Positions 39,721 to 49,850 of a stretch of DNA of 64,000 bases are shown in pieces (positions within the stretch are counted from its first letter, which is position 1; every line of letters starts with the position of its first letter). A program made the position numbers and the translations under genes. The notes beneath the pieces were generated by a model, which saw only the letters and a program-made list of their open reading frames with translations, was not told the DNA's origin and searched no databases. Source of the DNA: an uncultured Candidatus Rokubacteria bacterium (GTDB lineage: Bacteria > Methylomirabilota > Methylomirabilia > Rokubacteriales > CSP1-6); contig CAVXJS010000019.1 of NCBI GenBank assembly GCA_963762145.1, positions 160,001-224,000 of the forward strand. Reading direction: 5' to 3'.

Positions 39721-40276
39721 TTACCGCTCGCCCTTCGCGCGGTTGGCGACCTCGACGGTCTGCTTGTCGACGTCGAAGCGGTGGGTCTCCTTCGGACTCC
39801 ACGTCGCCGCCGGTGACGCGGATGAAGAAGGTGTCGTCGCCGAACTCGATGGAGTGGATGTCGCCCACCGCGAAGGCGGCGGCGTGGCCGGGCTCGTTCA
39901 TGAACTCGCGCTGCAGCGTGAGCTCGGCGTGGCCCGGCCGGCTGCCGTCGTCCAGGCGGCGCCAGCGACGCATGCGCGTGGCGTTCTGGTAGTTGCCGTA
40001 GACCACCCAGCAGGGGCCGTGGTCGTGCACCGAGGACTTGCTGGCCTTCGGGCGCGCGTGGACGAGCACGTGCACGTCGGTCTCCGGATCGTGGCCGATG
40101 GTGGCGCGCTCGACGTAGGGCACCGGATCTCCCAGGTGCTTCTTGAGCAGCTCCGGGTTGTGCAGGAGCTTCTCCAGGTGATCGCGGATCTCGGCCAGGC
40201 CGGTCGGGATGCCCTTGGTCTGGATGGTGGCGCGCGTGTCGGCGAGGAACTGATCGAGGGAGTAGGTCGTGTCCAT
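39721..40276 (-). CDS. Cupin, cysteine-dioxygenase-like (probable frameshift near 39795; uncorrected ORF ends at 39698)
   Basis: SVHDHGPCWVVYG…GDIHS His motif; AAGGAGG RBS. Confidence 0.7.
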
Positions 40277-40335
40277 GGCCGCCCTCCTTGGGTGACGGCC
40301 GAATCATAGCAGAACGTCGTGTACAATGAACTCCC

Positions 40336-41563
40336 GTGTCCGCTCCCACCGATCGTCCCGATTTCCGCCCCGGGTTTCGCAATGACGTTCGTGTCATCGG
40401 CCTCATCAGCGCCGCCCATTTCTTCAGCCACTTCTTCCAGCTCACGCTGCCCCCGCTCTTCCCGCTGCTGAAGGAGGTCTGGGGCGTGCCGTACGTGGCG
40501 CTCGGCCTCGCCATGAGCGTGTTCTACGCCGCGTCCGGCATCGGCCAGCCCCTCTCCGGCTTCCTGGTGGATCGGCTGGGCGCGCACCGGGTCCTGCTGG
40601 GCGGGATGGCGCTCTTCTCCGCCTCGATCGTGCTGGCCGGTCTCGTGCCGGTCTACTGGCTGCTGCTGCCGGTGGCGCTGCTGGCCGGGCTCGGCAACAG
40701 CGTGTTCCATCCCGCGGACTATTCGATCCTGAACGCGTCGGTGGACCCGCGGCGGATCGGGCGCGGCTACAGCGTGCACTCGATCTCCGGCAATCTCGGC
40801 TGGGCGGTGGCGCCCATCGTGGTGGTCGGCCTCACCGCGCACTTCGGCTGGCGCGTGGCGCTGGTGACGGTGGGCGCGGCCGGGCTGGCGGTGGTCGCGG
40901 TGCTGGCGACGCAGCTTCGCGCCTTCACGGGCGGGCGGCCGGCGGAGCGGGCCCGGAGCACGACGGGATACGGGGTGCGCCTGCTGCTGACCGCGCCGAT
41001 CCTGTCCGCGTTCGCCTACTTCGCGCTGATCGCCACCGCGCTGATCGGTCTGCAGACCTTCGGCGTCACCACGCTGATGCGGATCTACGACACGCCGCTG
41101 TCGGTGGCCACCGGTGCGCTGACCGCGTTCCTGGTGGGTGGGGCCGCGGGCATCCTGGCCGGCGGCCTGCTGGCCGACCGCACGCGGCGGCACGATATCG
41201 TCGCGGTGGCGGGGCTGATCACGGCCGCCGGATTCATGATGCTGCTGGCTACCGGCGCGCTGGCCCCGGCGATGCTGCCGATCGTGCTCGGCGCTGACCG
41301 GTCTCTGCCACGGGGCGACCGGGCCCTCGCGCGACATGCTGGTGCGGTCGGCCACGCCGCCGGGCGCCTCCGGCAAGGTGTTCGGCTTCGTCTACTCCGG
41401 GCTCGACCTGGGCGCCTGCCTCACGCCGCTCGCCTTCGGCTGGCTCCTCGACCACGGTGACCCGCGTCTGCTCTTCGTCGCGGTCGGCATCCTGATGCTC
41501 TTCACCATCGCCACCGTCGTCCAGGTCCGCCGCAACGCCCAGCCCGCCCCCGCCAGCGCCTAG
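40336..41563 (+). CDS. MFS transporter (frameshift near 41290)
   Basis: GFLVDRLG and GNSVFHP; TM pattern split across two ORFs. Confidence 0.85.
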
Positions 41564-41580
41564 CCTGGGGCGCCTAGCCC

Positions 41581-41664
41581 GGGGTCAGGTCTTGAATTAC
41601 GACATTTCTCTCCCCGTCCGTTTCTCACTCGCCAGAAGAATGTCGTATTTCAAGACCTGACCCC
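41581..41664. repeat. 84-bp inverted-repeat element (REP/REPIN/MITE-like), copy 1
   Basis: GGGGTCAGGTCTTGAATTACGACATT-N32-AATGTCGTATTTCAAGACCTGACCCC between convergent genes. Confidence 0.85.
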
Positions 41665-41667
41665 GGA

Positions 41668-42635
41668 CTAGAACCAGCGGGATTTGTCCACCACGTTGCG
41701 AAGGGGCTGGTCGGCCAGGAAGCGGCGGCAGTTGTCGAGCAGGATCTCGCAGCGGCGATCGTCGAGATAGGGACCGTAGCCCGCGGTGTGCGGGGTGATC
41801 AGCACGTTCGGGGTCGTCCAGAGCGGGTGATCGGCGGGCAGGGGCTCCTGCTCGAAGACGTCGAGCGCGGCGCCCGCGATCTCCCCGGCCCGCAGGGCCG
41901 CGACCAGGTCGTCGAGCCGCGTGGTCAGGCCCCGCCCGATGTTGATGAAGAACGCGCTCCGCTTCATGCGCTGAAAGCGCGCGCGATGCATGAAGCCCTG
42001 GGTCTCCGGCGTGTGCGGCACCGTGAGGATGACGAAGTCGGCCTCGGGGAGGAGGCTGTCGAGCGCGTCCGGGCCGTCGAGCTTGGACACGCCGGGCGGC
42101 GCATCGCGCCGCCGCGCGTCGATGCCGATCACGCGCATGCCGAAGGCCTCCGCCAGCCGCGCCGCCTCGCTGCCGATGCCGCCCACGCCCACGATCAGCG
42201 CGGTGGCCTCGGGCAGGTGCACCACGCCGGTATCGGACGGCGCGGGCTTCCACTCGCGCCGGAGCTGGAGCGGCAGGTAGTGGTGGAGCCCGCGCGCGAA
42301 GGCCAGCACGAAGGCCATGATGTGCGCGCCGATGTGGTCGTTGTAGATCTCGCGGAAGTTGGTGACCACCACCGGGTGCGCGATCAGCTCGTCGTGGTAG
42401 TAGCCGGCGGGCGGCGCGGCCTGCGGCGCCTGCAGCCACCGGAGCCGGCCGGCCTGGCGCGAGCAGCGCCGGCGTCGGCGTGCCGAAGGCGGCCTCGGCG
42501 CGGCCGATCTCGCGCGCGGCCTGCGCCTCGTCCTCTGCGACGACGACGGTCAGCTCGGGCAGGGCGGCGCGCACGCGCGCGGCCCAGGCGCGGGTCGTCG
42601 CGGTCTGGGGCGGGAAGCATCAGCAGGGTGGTCAT
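41668..42635 (-). CDS. D-2-hydroxyacid dehydrogenase (frameshifts in the 5' part)
   Basis: GVGGIG, PHTPET, INIGRG, LDVFEQEP, TPHTAG. Confidence 0.85.
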
Positions 42636-42703
42636 GGCCCCACACCATACCACCCGCGGTCGATTTGGAGACAGACCGGCCGGGGCGCTACGATCGAAAG
42701 AGC

Positions 42704-43791
42704 ATGGCGAGCCGGATCGGCGTCCTCGGCTGGGTCACCGGCGTGCTCTCGGCGGTGCTGGGCGCGCTCGCCTTCGGGGCGGTGCTCTGCCTCTGGTTTC
42801 CCGCCGTCCTCACCACGCCCGCGCTGCGCGACGTCTATCCGATGGAGATCGTGCGGACCACGATCAAGATCACGCTCGGGGTGGCCTTTGTCCTCGGCCT
42901 GCTGAGCATCTTCCTGAAGCGCCGCAAGGCGCTGGGCCTCACCGGGGCCGGGCTGGCGCTGCTGGCCACGCTCATGGGCGGGCTCCGAGGTGGCGGTGGC
43001 CACGCCGGTGGCGCGCGGGAGCCACGTGGGCCTCGACTGGTTCCTGCTCGATCTCTTCCTGCTCTCCGCCATCTTCGTGCCGATCGAGCTGCTCTTCGGC
43101 CGGCTGCGCCAGCAGCCGATCTTCCGGCCCGAGTGGCGGACGGACCTCTGGCACTTCGGGGTGAGCCATCTGCTCGTGCAGCTCACCGTGTTCCTGACCA
43201 TGGCGCCCGCCGCGATCTTCTTCCGCTGGGCGGTGGCCCCGGAGCTGCAAAGCTGCGGTGGCCGCGCAGCCGCTGGCGCTGCAGTTCGTCGAGGTCCTGC
43301 TGGTCGCCGATCTCACCCAGTACACGGTGCACCGTCTCTTCCACCAGGTGCCCTGGCTCTGGCGCTTCCACGCGATCCACCACTCGAGCCGGCAGATGGA
43401 CTGGCTGGCCGGCTCGCGCCTGCACCTGGTGGACATCGTGGTGACGCGCGGGCTGTCGTTCGTGCCGCTCTACGTGCTCGGCTTCGCCCAGGGCGCGGTC
43501 TTCGCGTACGTGCTCTTCGTGTCGTTCCAGGCGGTGCTGATCCACGCCAACGTGAGCTGGCGGTTCGGGCCGGTCCGCCACCTCCTGGCCACGCCCCAGT
43601 ACCACCACTGGCATCACGCGGTCGAGCCGGTGGACGTCAACTTCGCCGTGCACCTGCCGGTGATCGACCGGATCTTCGGCACGCAGTACCTGCCGCGCGA
43701 CCGCTGGCCCGAGGCCTACGGCCTCGCCGGCGCGGCGGTGCCCGCCGACTACTGGAGCCAGCTCGCCTATCCCTTCCGGCGCACGCGCTGA
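42704..43791 (+). CDS. Sterol desaturase/fatty acid hydroxylase family protein (frameshifts near 42985 and 43250)
   Basis: His boxes HRLFH, HAIHH and HHWHH; TM helices. Confidence 0.85.
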
Positions 43792-43803
43792 CGGACGGCG
43801 CGG

Positions 43804-45006
43804 CTAGAAGCGGCCCGCGCGGTAGGTCTCGGGCGCGAAGCGGCCGAAGAGCAAAGCCATCGTCGACGAGCAGGATCGCGGTGCCGGCCAGCGCGGCGTC
43901 GATGCCGGCCAGGTCGGCGGCCAGCCCGAGCGCGATCGGGCCCACCACGTAGCCGAGGTCGGCGAGCATCCGGTAGGTGCTGACCGCGGCCGCGTTCATG
44001 CCCGGCGGCGCGGTGTCGGCCGCGTAGGCGGCGGGCGCGGCGCCGCTGATCCCCATCGCGACGCTCCATGCCGCGCAGCGCGGCGAGGAACCAGCCGTAG
44101 GTCGGCGCGAGCAGGAAGAGGACCAGCGAGAGGCCGGACAGGATGGTCGCGGGCACGATGATGATCTTGCGGCCGTAGCGGTCCACGAGCACCCCGGTCG
44201 GGATAGGCCACGACGAGGCCCACCACGCTGGCGAGGGCCAGGCCGAAGCCGATGCGATCCGGATGCAGCGCGAGCCGGTCGCGCGCCAGGATCGGGACCA
44301 CGTTGAAGAGCGCGCCGGTGCGGGCCACCGCGTTCACGAAGGCGATGCAGCTGACCAGCATGAAGCCCCGGTGCGCGGTGAGCAGGCGGAGCTGGGCCCG
44401 GTACGGCACGTGGGCCGGTTCGGGCTCGTCGGCGGGCCGGACCGCGCGCGTCTCGGGAATCGCGAGCCAGGCCACCGCCGAGGCCACCAGCGAGGTGACC
44501 GCGTAGGCCAGGAAGGGCGCCGCGAGGCCCCAGTGGGTGGCGAGCAACCCGCCGGGCAGCGGCCCGATGCCGACCGCGAAGATGAACGCGCCCTGGTAGG
44601 CCGACATCATGCGCCCGCGATTGGAAGGCGTGGAGATATCGGCGATCACGATCAGGCCGGTGGTGAGGACGAGCGCGGCGCCTGCGCCGGCCACGAAGCG
44701 CGCGCCGACGAAGGCGGGGTAGGTCGGCGCGAGCGCGCAGAGCACGTTGCCCAGGGCGGAGAGGACGCCGCCGATCGCCAGCGTGTTGCGCCGGCCGAAT
44801 CGGTCCGCGAGCTGGCCCGCGGGCACCGCGACGAGGAAGCGGGCGAGCCCGTAGATCGCGATGGCGAGCCCGATGGCGGACTGGGTGACGTCGAAGGAGC
44901 GCGCATAGAGGGCGAGCGCGGGGATGATGCTGCCGAAGCCGAGCTGGTTGACGGCGATGAGCACGCACATCCAGACGAGGATGCGGATGCCCGCGGGCTC
45001 TCGCAT
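43804..45006 (-). CDS. MFS transporter (frameshifts near 44200, 44075 and 43855)
   Basis: GQLADRFGRR and VDRYGRK motif A repeats. Confidence 0.85.
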
Positions 45007-45342
45007 GACCGTCTGGGTGTATCACTAAATCGGCAGGGCCGTCCACGGCTGCCGGGGGGGCCCGGAAGCTCCTGGGCGGCTATACCCGGCTTTCGCCGCT
45101 CTCGAGCCCGATACTTCCGTAGTGAGCGGACCCGGGCCGTGGGCTGGTACCACGGTCTGGTGGGCGCCCCACCGCCCGGTTACCGCCCGAGGTCGCCTTT
45201 CTCGCGGCGTTCTTGCGGAAAGCTGCCGGGTCGAGTCTCCATGGTATCCACCTCGACTCTTAAGATAGACGACAGAGGTTACACGTGCCGCCTCGAAGGC
45301 AGTTTGCCGAAGGAGGGCCATGATTCGCGCGGTGCTCGTTCC

Positions 45343-45726
45343 ATGATCGGCGTGGGGCGTCTGGTGAGTGTGGTGGCGGTGTTCTGGGCGGTGGCCGGTT
45401 TCGCGCCTGCTCCCGTGGGCGCGCGGATCGAGTTTCCTGGCAATACCACCGTCCCGCGGGCGGTGCAGCAGTTTGCCTGGCGAGTGATCGAGACGCGGTG
45501 CAACTACCAGTCATACGAGCTCGAGCGACGCTCCTTCTGGGCCTACAGCGTGGAGACCAGCAGATCCGGCACGACTGTCGCCTACTCGATCCACATCGTG
45601 TCGGACCTGAGGTGGAAAAAGACAGAGCCTCCCTCCACCATCGACATGACCGTCGTGGACGATGGCAGCATGAGGCTCACGTCGCTGAAGTCCACCTTCG
45701 TCGTCTGCGAATCGCCGCTGAGCTAG
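45343..45726 (+). CDS. Secreted hypothetical protein in a lower-GC patch
   Basis: Signal-like N-terminus and two Cys; no family recognised. Confidence 0.6.
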   Translation: MIGVGRLVSVVAVFWAVAGFAPAPVGARIEFPGNTTVPRAVQQFAWRVIETRCNYQSYELERRSFWAYSVETSRSGTTVAYSIHIVSDLRWKKTEPPSTIDMTVVDDGSMRLTSLKSTFVVCESPLS

Positions 45727-45863
45727 CGGGATGGGCGCAGGGTCCGAGACGGCGCAGGCACCTAGCTCAGGGTGATGCCGCGCTAGGGTGTGTCCCGCAA
45801 TGCCGTGGAGCGCAGGCCCGCCGAGGCGTATGATCGGGCGCACCACACGAACAGGAGGCCGTC

Positions 45864-46646
45864 ATGGCGACCGGCACGGCAAAGGGATTCGCGGTATTCG
45901 CGGGGGTGACACCGGAGATCATCCGCGCCTCGGCCCGCGAGGCCGAAGCGCTCGGGTATCGCTCGTTCTGGGTGAACCATCCGGGCCCGGTGGACGGCCT
46001 CGGATCGCTCGCGCACGCGGCGGCGGAGACGCGCCGGGTGGACCTGGGCGTCGGCGTCATCCCGCTGCACACGCGCGGACCGGAGGCCATCGCGGACGGG
46101 GTGCGTGGGCACGGGCTCGCGCCGGAGCGGCTGCTCCTGGGTGTGGGGAGTCCGAACCCGCAGGCCCTCAAGCGCGTGCGCGACGGCGTGGCCGCGCTGC
46201 GGGCCAAGCTAACCACGCGGATCATCGTGGCCGCGCTCGGGCCGAAGATGTGCCAGCTCGCGGGCGAGGTCGCCGACGGCGTGCTGTTCAACTGGCTCAC
46301 GCCGGAGTACGCGCGCCGCTCCGCCGAGCTGGTGCGCGCGGGCGCGGAGGCCGCGAAGCGGCCGATGCCGCGGCTCTACGCGTACGTGCGCGTGGCCCTG
46401 GGCCCGGCCGCCGCCGAGCGCCTGGCCGACGAGGGCGGGCGCTACGACGCGATTCCGGCATACCACGCCCACTTCGTCCGCATGGGCGTGAAGCCAGTGG
46501 ACACCGCCATCGCCGCCACCTCCGCCGACGGCATCAAGCGGGCCCTGGCCGCCTGGGACGGCGCGGTGGATGAAGTCGTCCTCCGCGCCATCACCGCCAA
46601 GGACACGGTCGAGGACCACCTCACGCTGGTGCGCGCGGCCGGCTAA
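45864..46646 (+). CDS. LLM-class oxidoreductase
   Basis: AEALGYRSFW, VAALGPKM, ADGVLFNW; AGGAGG RBS. Confidence 0.85.
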   Translation: MATGTAKGFAVFAGVTPEIIRASAREAEALGYRSFWVNHPGPVDGLGSLAHAAAETRRVDLGVGVIPLHTRGPEAIADGVRGHGLAPERLLLGVGSPNPQALKRVRDGVAALRAKLTTRIIVAALGPKMCQLAGEVADGVLFNWLTPEYARRSAELVRAGAEAAKRPMPRLYAYVRVALGPAAAERLADEGGRYDAIPAYHAHFVRMGVKPVDTAIAATSADGIKRALAAWDGAVDEVVLRAITAKDTVEDHLTLVRAAG

Positions 46647-46666
46647 GGCCGGGGTCGGCTAAGGCC

Positions 46667-46750
46667 GGGGTCAGGTCTTGAATTACGACATTTTTCTCCC
46701 GAGACGTGTTCAGCGCCCAGCGGAAATGTCGTAATTCAAAACCTGACCCC
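46667..46750. repeat. 84-bp inverted-repeat element, copy 2
   Basis: GGGGTCAGGTCTTGAATTACGACATT-N32-AATGTCGTAATTCAAAACCTGACCCC; it supplies the stop codon of the convergent MetE-like gene. Confidence 0.85.
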
Positions 46751-47773
46751 ATCTAGCTCGTGGCGGACGAGGCGGGCGCCTTCGACGAGGGCGGTCAACT
46801 TGAGGCGGGTGGCCCAGCGGGGGGTCTCCCAGAAGCCGCAGTCGGGGTTGAGCCAGAGCTTGTCGGGGGCGACGTAGCGGAGGAGGGCGCGGATGCGCTC
46901 GGCGACCTCCTCGGCGGTCTCGGCCTTGAAGGCCTTCACGTCGATCACGCCGGCGCCCAGCTCCTTGTCGGTCGGGAACTCCTTCCAGAGCGCGAGGTCG
47001 TCCATGCCGCGGTTCGCGTACTCGAGGACGACCTGGGACGCGGTCAGCTCGTGGATGGCCGGGTACACGTTGCGATAGCTGCGCACCGGCTGGAACGGAC
47101 GGCCGTAGAGATTGCCGAAGCAGACGTGGACCGCGATCTTGGCCCGCACGCCCTCCACCGCGCGGTTGACGCCCTGGGCGAAGTTGGGCGCGGCGCCCGC
47201 GTACATGCCGCTGTGCGGCTCGTCGATCTGGATGAACTCGGCCCCCGCGGCCACCAGCGCGCGGCACTCCGCGTTGACGATGCCTACCAGGTCGGCCAGC
47301 AGCGTGTCGCGATCGCGGTAGCCGGCGCCCAGCCGCAGCGGGAACATCAGCGTGTAGGGGCCCGGCACGGTGGCCTTCAGGGGCTTGCCGGTCAGCGCCC
47401 GCGCCAGCTTGAACTCATCCACGATGCCGAGCCCGGCCGGAGCCGTGATGCGCTCCACGACCTCGAAGGGCGTGTTCGTGTCCCAGTGCGGCTGGCCCAG
47501 CTTGCGGGGCTCCTCCATGGTCCGGAGGCCCTTCAGGTGATCGTAGAAGCCGATGATGAAGCGGACCCGGCCCATCTCGCCGGTGGTCAGGACGTCGATG
47601 CCGGCCCGCTCCTGGTCGAGGAGCGCGACCTGGGTGGCGTCCTCCATCAGCTCGCGGACGTCGGTGGCGCCCAGGCGCCCCGCCTGGAGCGCCTCGCGGG
47701 CGAGCCAGACCCAGCCGGGCAGCCCATGGCTCCCGACGACCGAGGTGGGCAGGAGCGTCGAGGGCAGCGTCAT
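46736..47773 (-). CDS. Cobalamin-independent methionine synthase II family protein (MetE C-terminal core only)
   Basis: TSVVGS, TGEMGR, IQIDEP; Zn ligands HVC, E and PDCG. Confidence 0.88.
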   Translation of the reverse strand: MTLPSTLLPTSVVGSHGLPGWVWLAREALQAGRLGATDVRELMEDATQVALLDQERAGIDVLTTGEMGRVRFIIGFYDHLKGLRTMEEPRKLGQPHWDTNTPFEVVERITAPAGLGIVDEFKLARALTGKPLKATVPGPYTLMFPLRLGAGYRDRDTLLADLVGIVNAECRALVAAGAEFIQIDEPHSGMYAGAAPNFAQGVNRAVEGVRAKIAVHVCFGNLYGRPFQPVRSYRNVYPAIHELTASQVVLEYANRGMDDLALWKEFPTDKELGAGVIDVKAFKAETAEEVAERIRALLRYVAPDKLWLNPDCGFWETPRWATRLKLTALVEGARLVRHELDGVRF

Positions 47774-48528
47774 CGCGGGGGTCCTTTCCTTCGCTGGCGG
47801 ATCTCGTCCATGGCCGCGCGGTGCTCGGCGGAGTCGAGGCAGTCGCGGAAGCCCGCTTCCATCTCGCGGCGGAACGCCTCGAACGGGAGATCGAAGGCGC
47901 GCGCCAGGAGGCGCTTGCTCACGCCCACCGCGGTCCTGGGAAGAGCGAGGAAGCGGGCCACGCACGCGTCGAGCGCACGGGGAAACTCGGACGCCGGGAC
48001 CACCTCGTTGACGAGCCCGTAGTGCGCGGCCCGGTCCGCCGAGATCGGCTCGCCGGTGAGGATCATCTCGCGCGCCCGCGCCGCCCCGATCAGCCGCGGA
48101 AGGCGATAGAGCGCCATGGACGGGATCAGGCACTCCTTGACCGCGGGCAGGCCGATGATCGCGTCCGCCGCGGCGAGCCGGTAGTCGCAGACCAGGGCGA
48201 GCTGGAGGCCGCCGCCCAGGCAGTGGCCGTTGATGGCCGCGAGGAACGGGATGGGCATCCGCTCGATCGCGGTCATCGCGTCCTCCCAGGCGACGAAGTG
48301 GGGCAGGGTCATCTCGCCCGCGGCGAGGGACCCCAGATCGACGCCGGTCGAGAAGGCGCGCCCGGCCCCCGTGATGACCGCGACGCGCACCTCGCGGAGA
48401 GACCCGACGCGCGCGACGACCTCGACCAGCTCGGCCACCCAGGCCGGATCGCCCGCGTTCAGGACCTGGGGCCGGTTCAGGGTGATGCGGGCCACGGGCC
48501 CGTCGAGCTCGAGTCGGACGGCGTCCAT
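47770..48528 (-). CDS. Enoyl-CoA hydratase/isomerase-fold protein with atypical catalytic residues
   Basis: ITLNRP, AFSTGVDL, AAINGHCLGGG, EMILTGE. Confidence 0.85.
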   Translation of the reverse strand: MDAVRLELDGPVARITLNRPQVLNAGDPAWVAELVEVVARVGSLREVRVAVITGAGRAFSTGVDLGSLAAGEMTLPHFVAWEDAMTAIERMPIPFLAAINGHCLGGGLQLALVCDYRLAAADAIIGLPAVKECLIPSMALYRLPRLIGAARAREMILTGEPISADRAAHYGLVNEVVPASEFPRALDACVARFLALPRTAVGVSKRLLARAFDLPFEAFRREMEAGFRDCLDSAEHRAAMDEIRQRRKGPPR

Positions 48529-49847
48529 CACTTGCCGAAGAGCAGCCGCGGCAGCCAGATGGCGACGGGCGGCACCAGCCAGACCACCACCAGCATCAGG
48601 AGGCCGAAGAGCAGGTAGGGCGTCACCGCACGGTAGACCTGACCCATCGAGATCTCGCGGGGCGCCACGCTCTTCATCGTGAAGAGCAGCATACCGAATG
48701 GCGGGGTCAGGAGCCCGAGCTGCAGACAGATGAGGAACATGACGCCGAACCAGACCGGGTCGAACCGGTAGAGCTCGACCAGCGGCATGAAGAAGGGCAG
48801 GGTGATCAGCATCATGCTCACCTGGTCGATGAAGCAGCCCAGCACGAGGAGCGCCAGCATCATGGCCCAGAAGACCACCACCGGGCTGAGCTGCGCCTGG
48901 CTGATGAGGGTGACGAGGCCGTTGGTGGCGCCCGAGAAGGCGAGGATCTGCGAGAACGTGGTCGCCCCCACGATGATGAGCAGGATGATCCCGGAGATGG
49001 CGGCCGTCCCGAGGAGCGCCTTGAGCAGGCTGGGCCAGGAGAGCGACCGGTAGAGGGCGGCGACGAGCGCGGTGGCGACCGCGCCGACGGCCGCCGATTC
49101 GGTGGGCGTGGCCCAGCCCGCGGACATGGCGAGGACGACGACCCCGAAGATGAGCAGCAGCGGCAGCACGTACGCCACGAGCGGCCACCAGCGCGCCCAG
49201 CGCGTCACCGCCTCGCCCTCGAAGGGCGGCGCCAGCGCCGGGTCGAGCGAGGTCCGGATGACGATGTAGCCCACGAAGAGGATCGACAGCAAGACGCCGG
49301 GGACGATGCCCGCCACCAAGAGCTGGGAGATCGAGATACCGGCGAGGCTGCCGAGAAGCACGGTGAGGGCCGAGGGCGGGATCAGCATGTCCACGCCCCC
49401 GATGGCCATGATCGGGCCCATGGCCATGCTCGGGTGGTAGCCCCGGCGCAGCATCTCGGGGAGCATCAGGCTGCCGAGCAGCGCGGTGGTCGCGATGGTC
49501 GACCCGGAGATCGCGGAGAACACGGTGCCGGCCACCACCGCCACCACCGAGAGGCGGCCGGGCACGCGCCAGATCAGACGGTCGATCGCGTCGATGGCCT
49601 TCATGGCCACGCCGGTGTGGAAGAGGATCTCGCCCATCAGCACGAAGAACGGGATCGGGGTGAGGGAGAAGCTCGCGATGGAGGCGACCCCGTTGCGGAT
49701 CATCTGCACGAGCCCCGCGTCCCCGCCGAGCCAGACCCACGAGCCGATCGCGTTGATGCCGAGGAAGGCGAAGGCCACCGGCAGGCCCACCAGGAAGAGG
49801 GCGGTGAGCACGCCGAAGAGCACGAGGGCCGCGAGGTACCAGGTCAT
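48528..49847 (-). CDS. dctM: TRAP transporter large permease
   Basis: IPFFVLMG, ISGS, LIPPS, TPTE, TPPFG. Confidence 0.92.
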   Translation of the reverse strand: MTWYLAALVLFGVLTALFLVGLPVAFAFLGINAIGSWVWLGGDAGLVQMIRNGVASIASFSLTPIPFFVLMGEILFHTGVAMKAIDAIDRLIWRVPGRLSVVAVVAGTVFSAISGSTIATTALLGSLMLPEMLRRGYHPSMAMGPIMAIGGVDMLIPPSALTVLLGSLAGISISQLLVAGIVPGVLLSILFVGYIVIRTSLDPALAPPFEGEAVTRWARWWPLVAYVLPLLLIFGVVVLAMSAGWATPTESAAVGAVATALVAALYRSLSWPSLLKALLGTAAISGIILLIIVGATTFSQILAFSGATNGLVTLISQAQLSPVVVFWAMMLALLVLGCFIDQVSMMLITLPFFMPLVELYRFDPVWFGVMFLICLQLGLLTPPFGMLLFTMKSVAPREISMGQVYRAVTPYLLFGLLMLVVVWLVPPVAIWLPRLLFGK

Positions 49848-49850
49848 CGG

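Noticed and set aside
42704-43791. Sterol desaturase-family gene as a hopanoid-pathway partner of hpnP
   Set aside because: It lies over 40 kb away, the family is functionally broad, and no hpn genes flank it.
45010-45310. Possible structured ncRNA or riboswitch
   Set aside because: Only short GC-rich hairpins; no family motif recognised by eye.
41581-46750. 84-bp elements as CRISPR repeat-spacer units or ends of a composite transposon
   Set aside because: Arms are inverted rather than direct, each copy is self-contained, and no cas or transposase gene is present.
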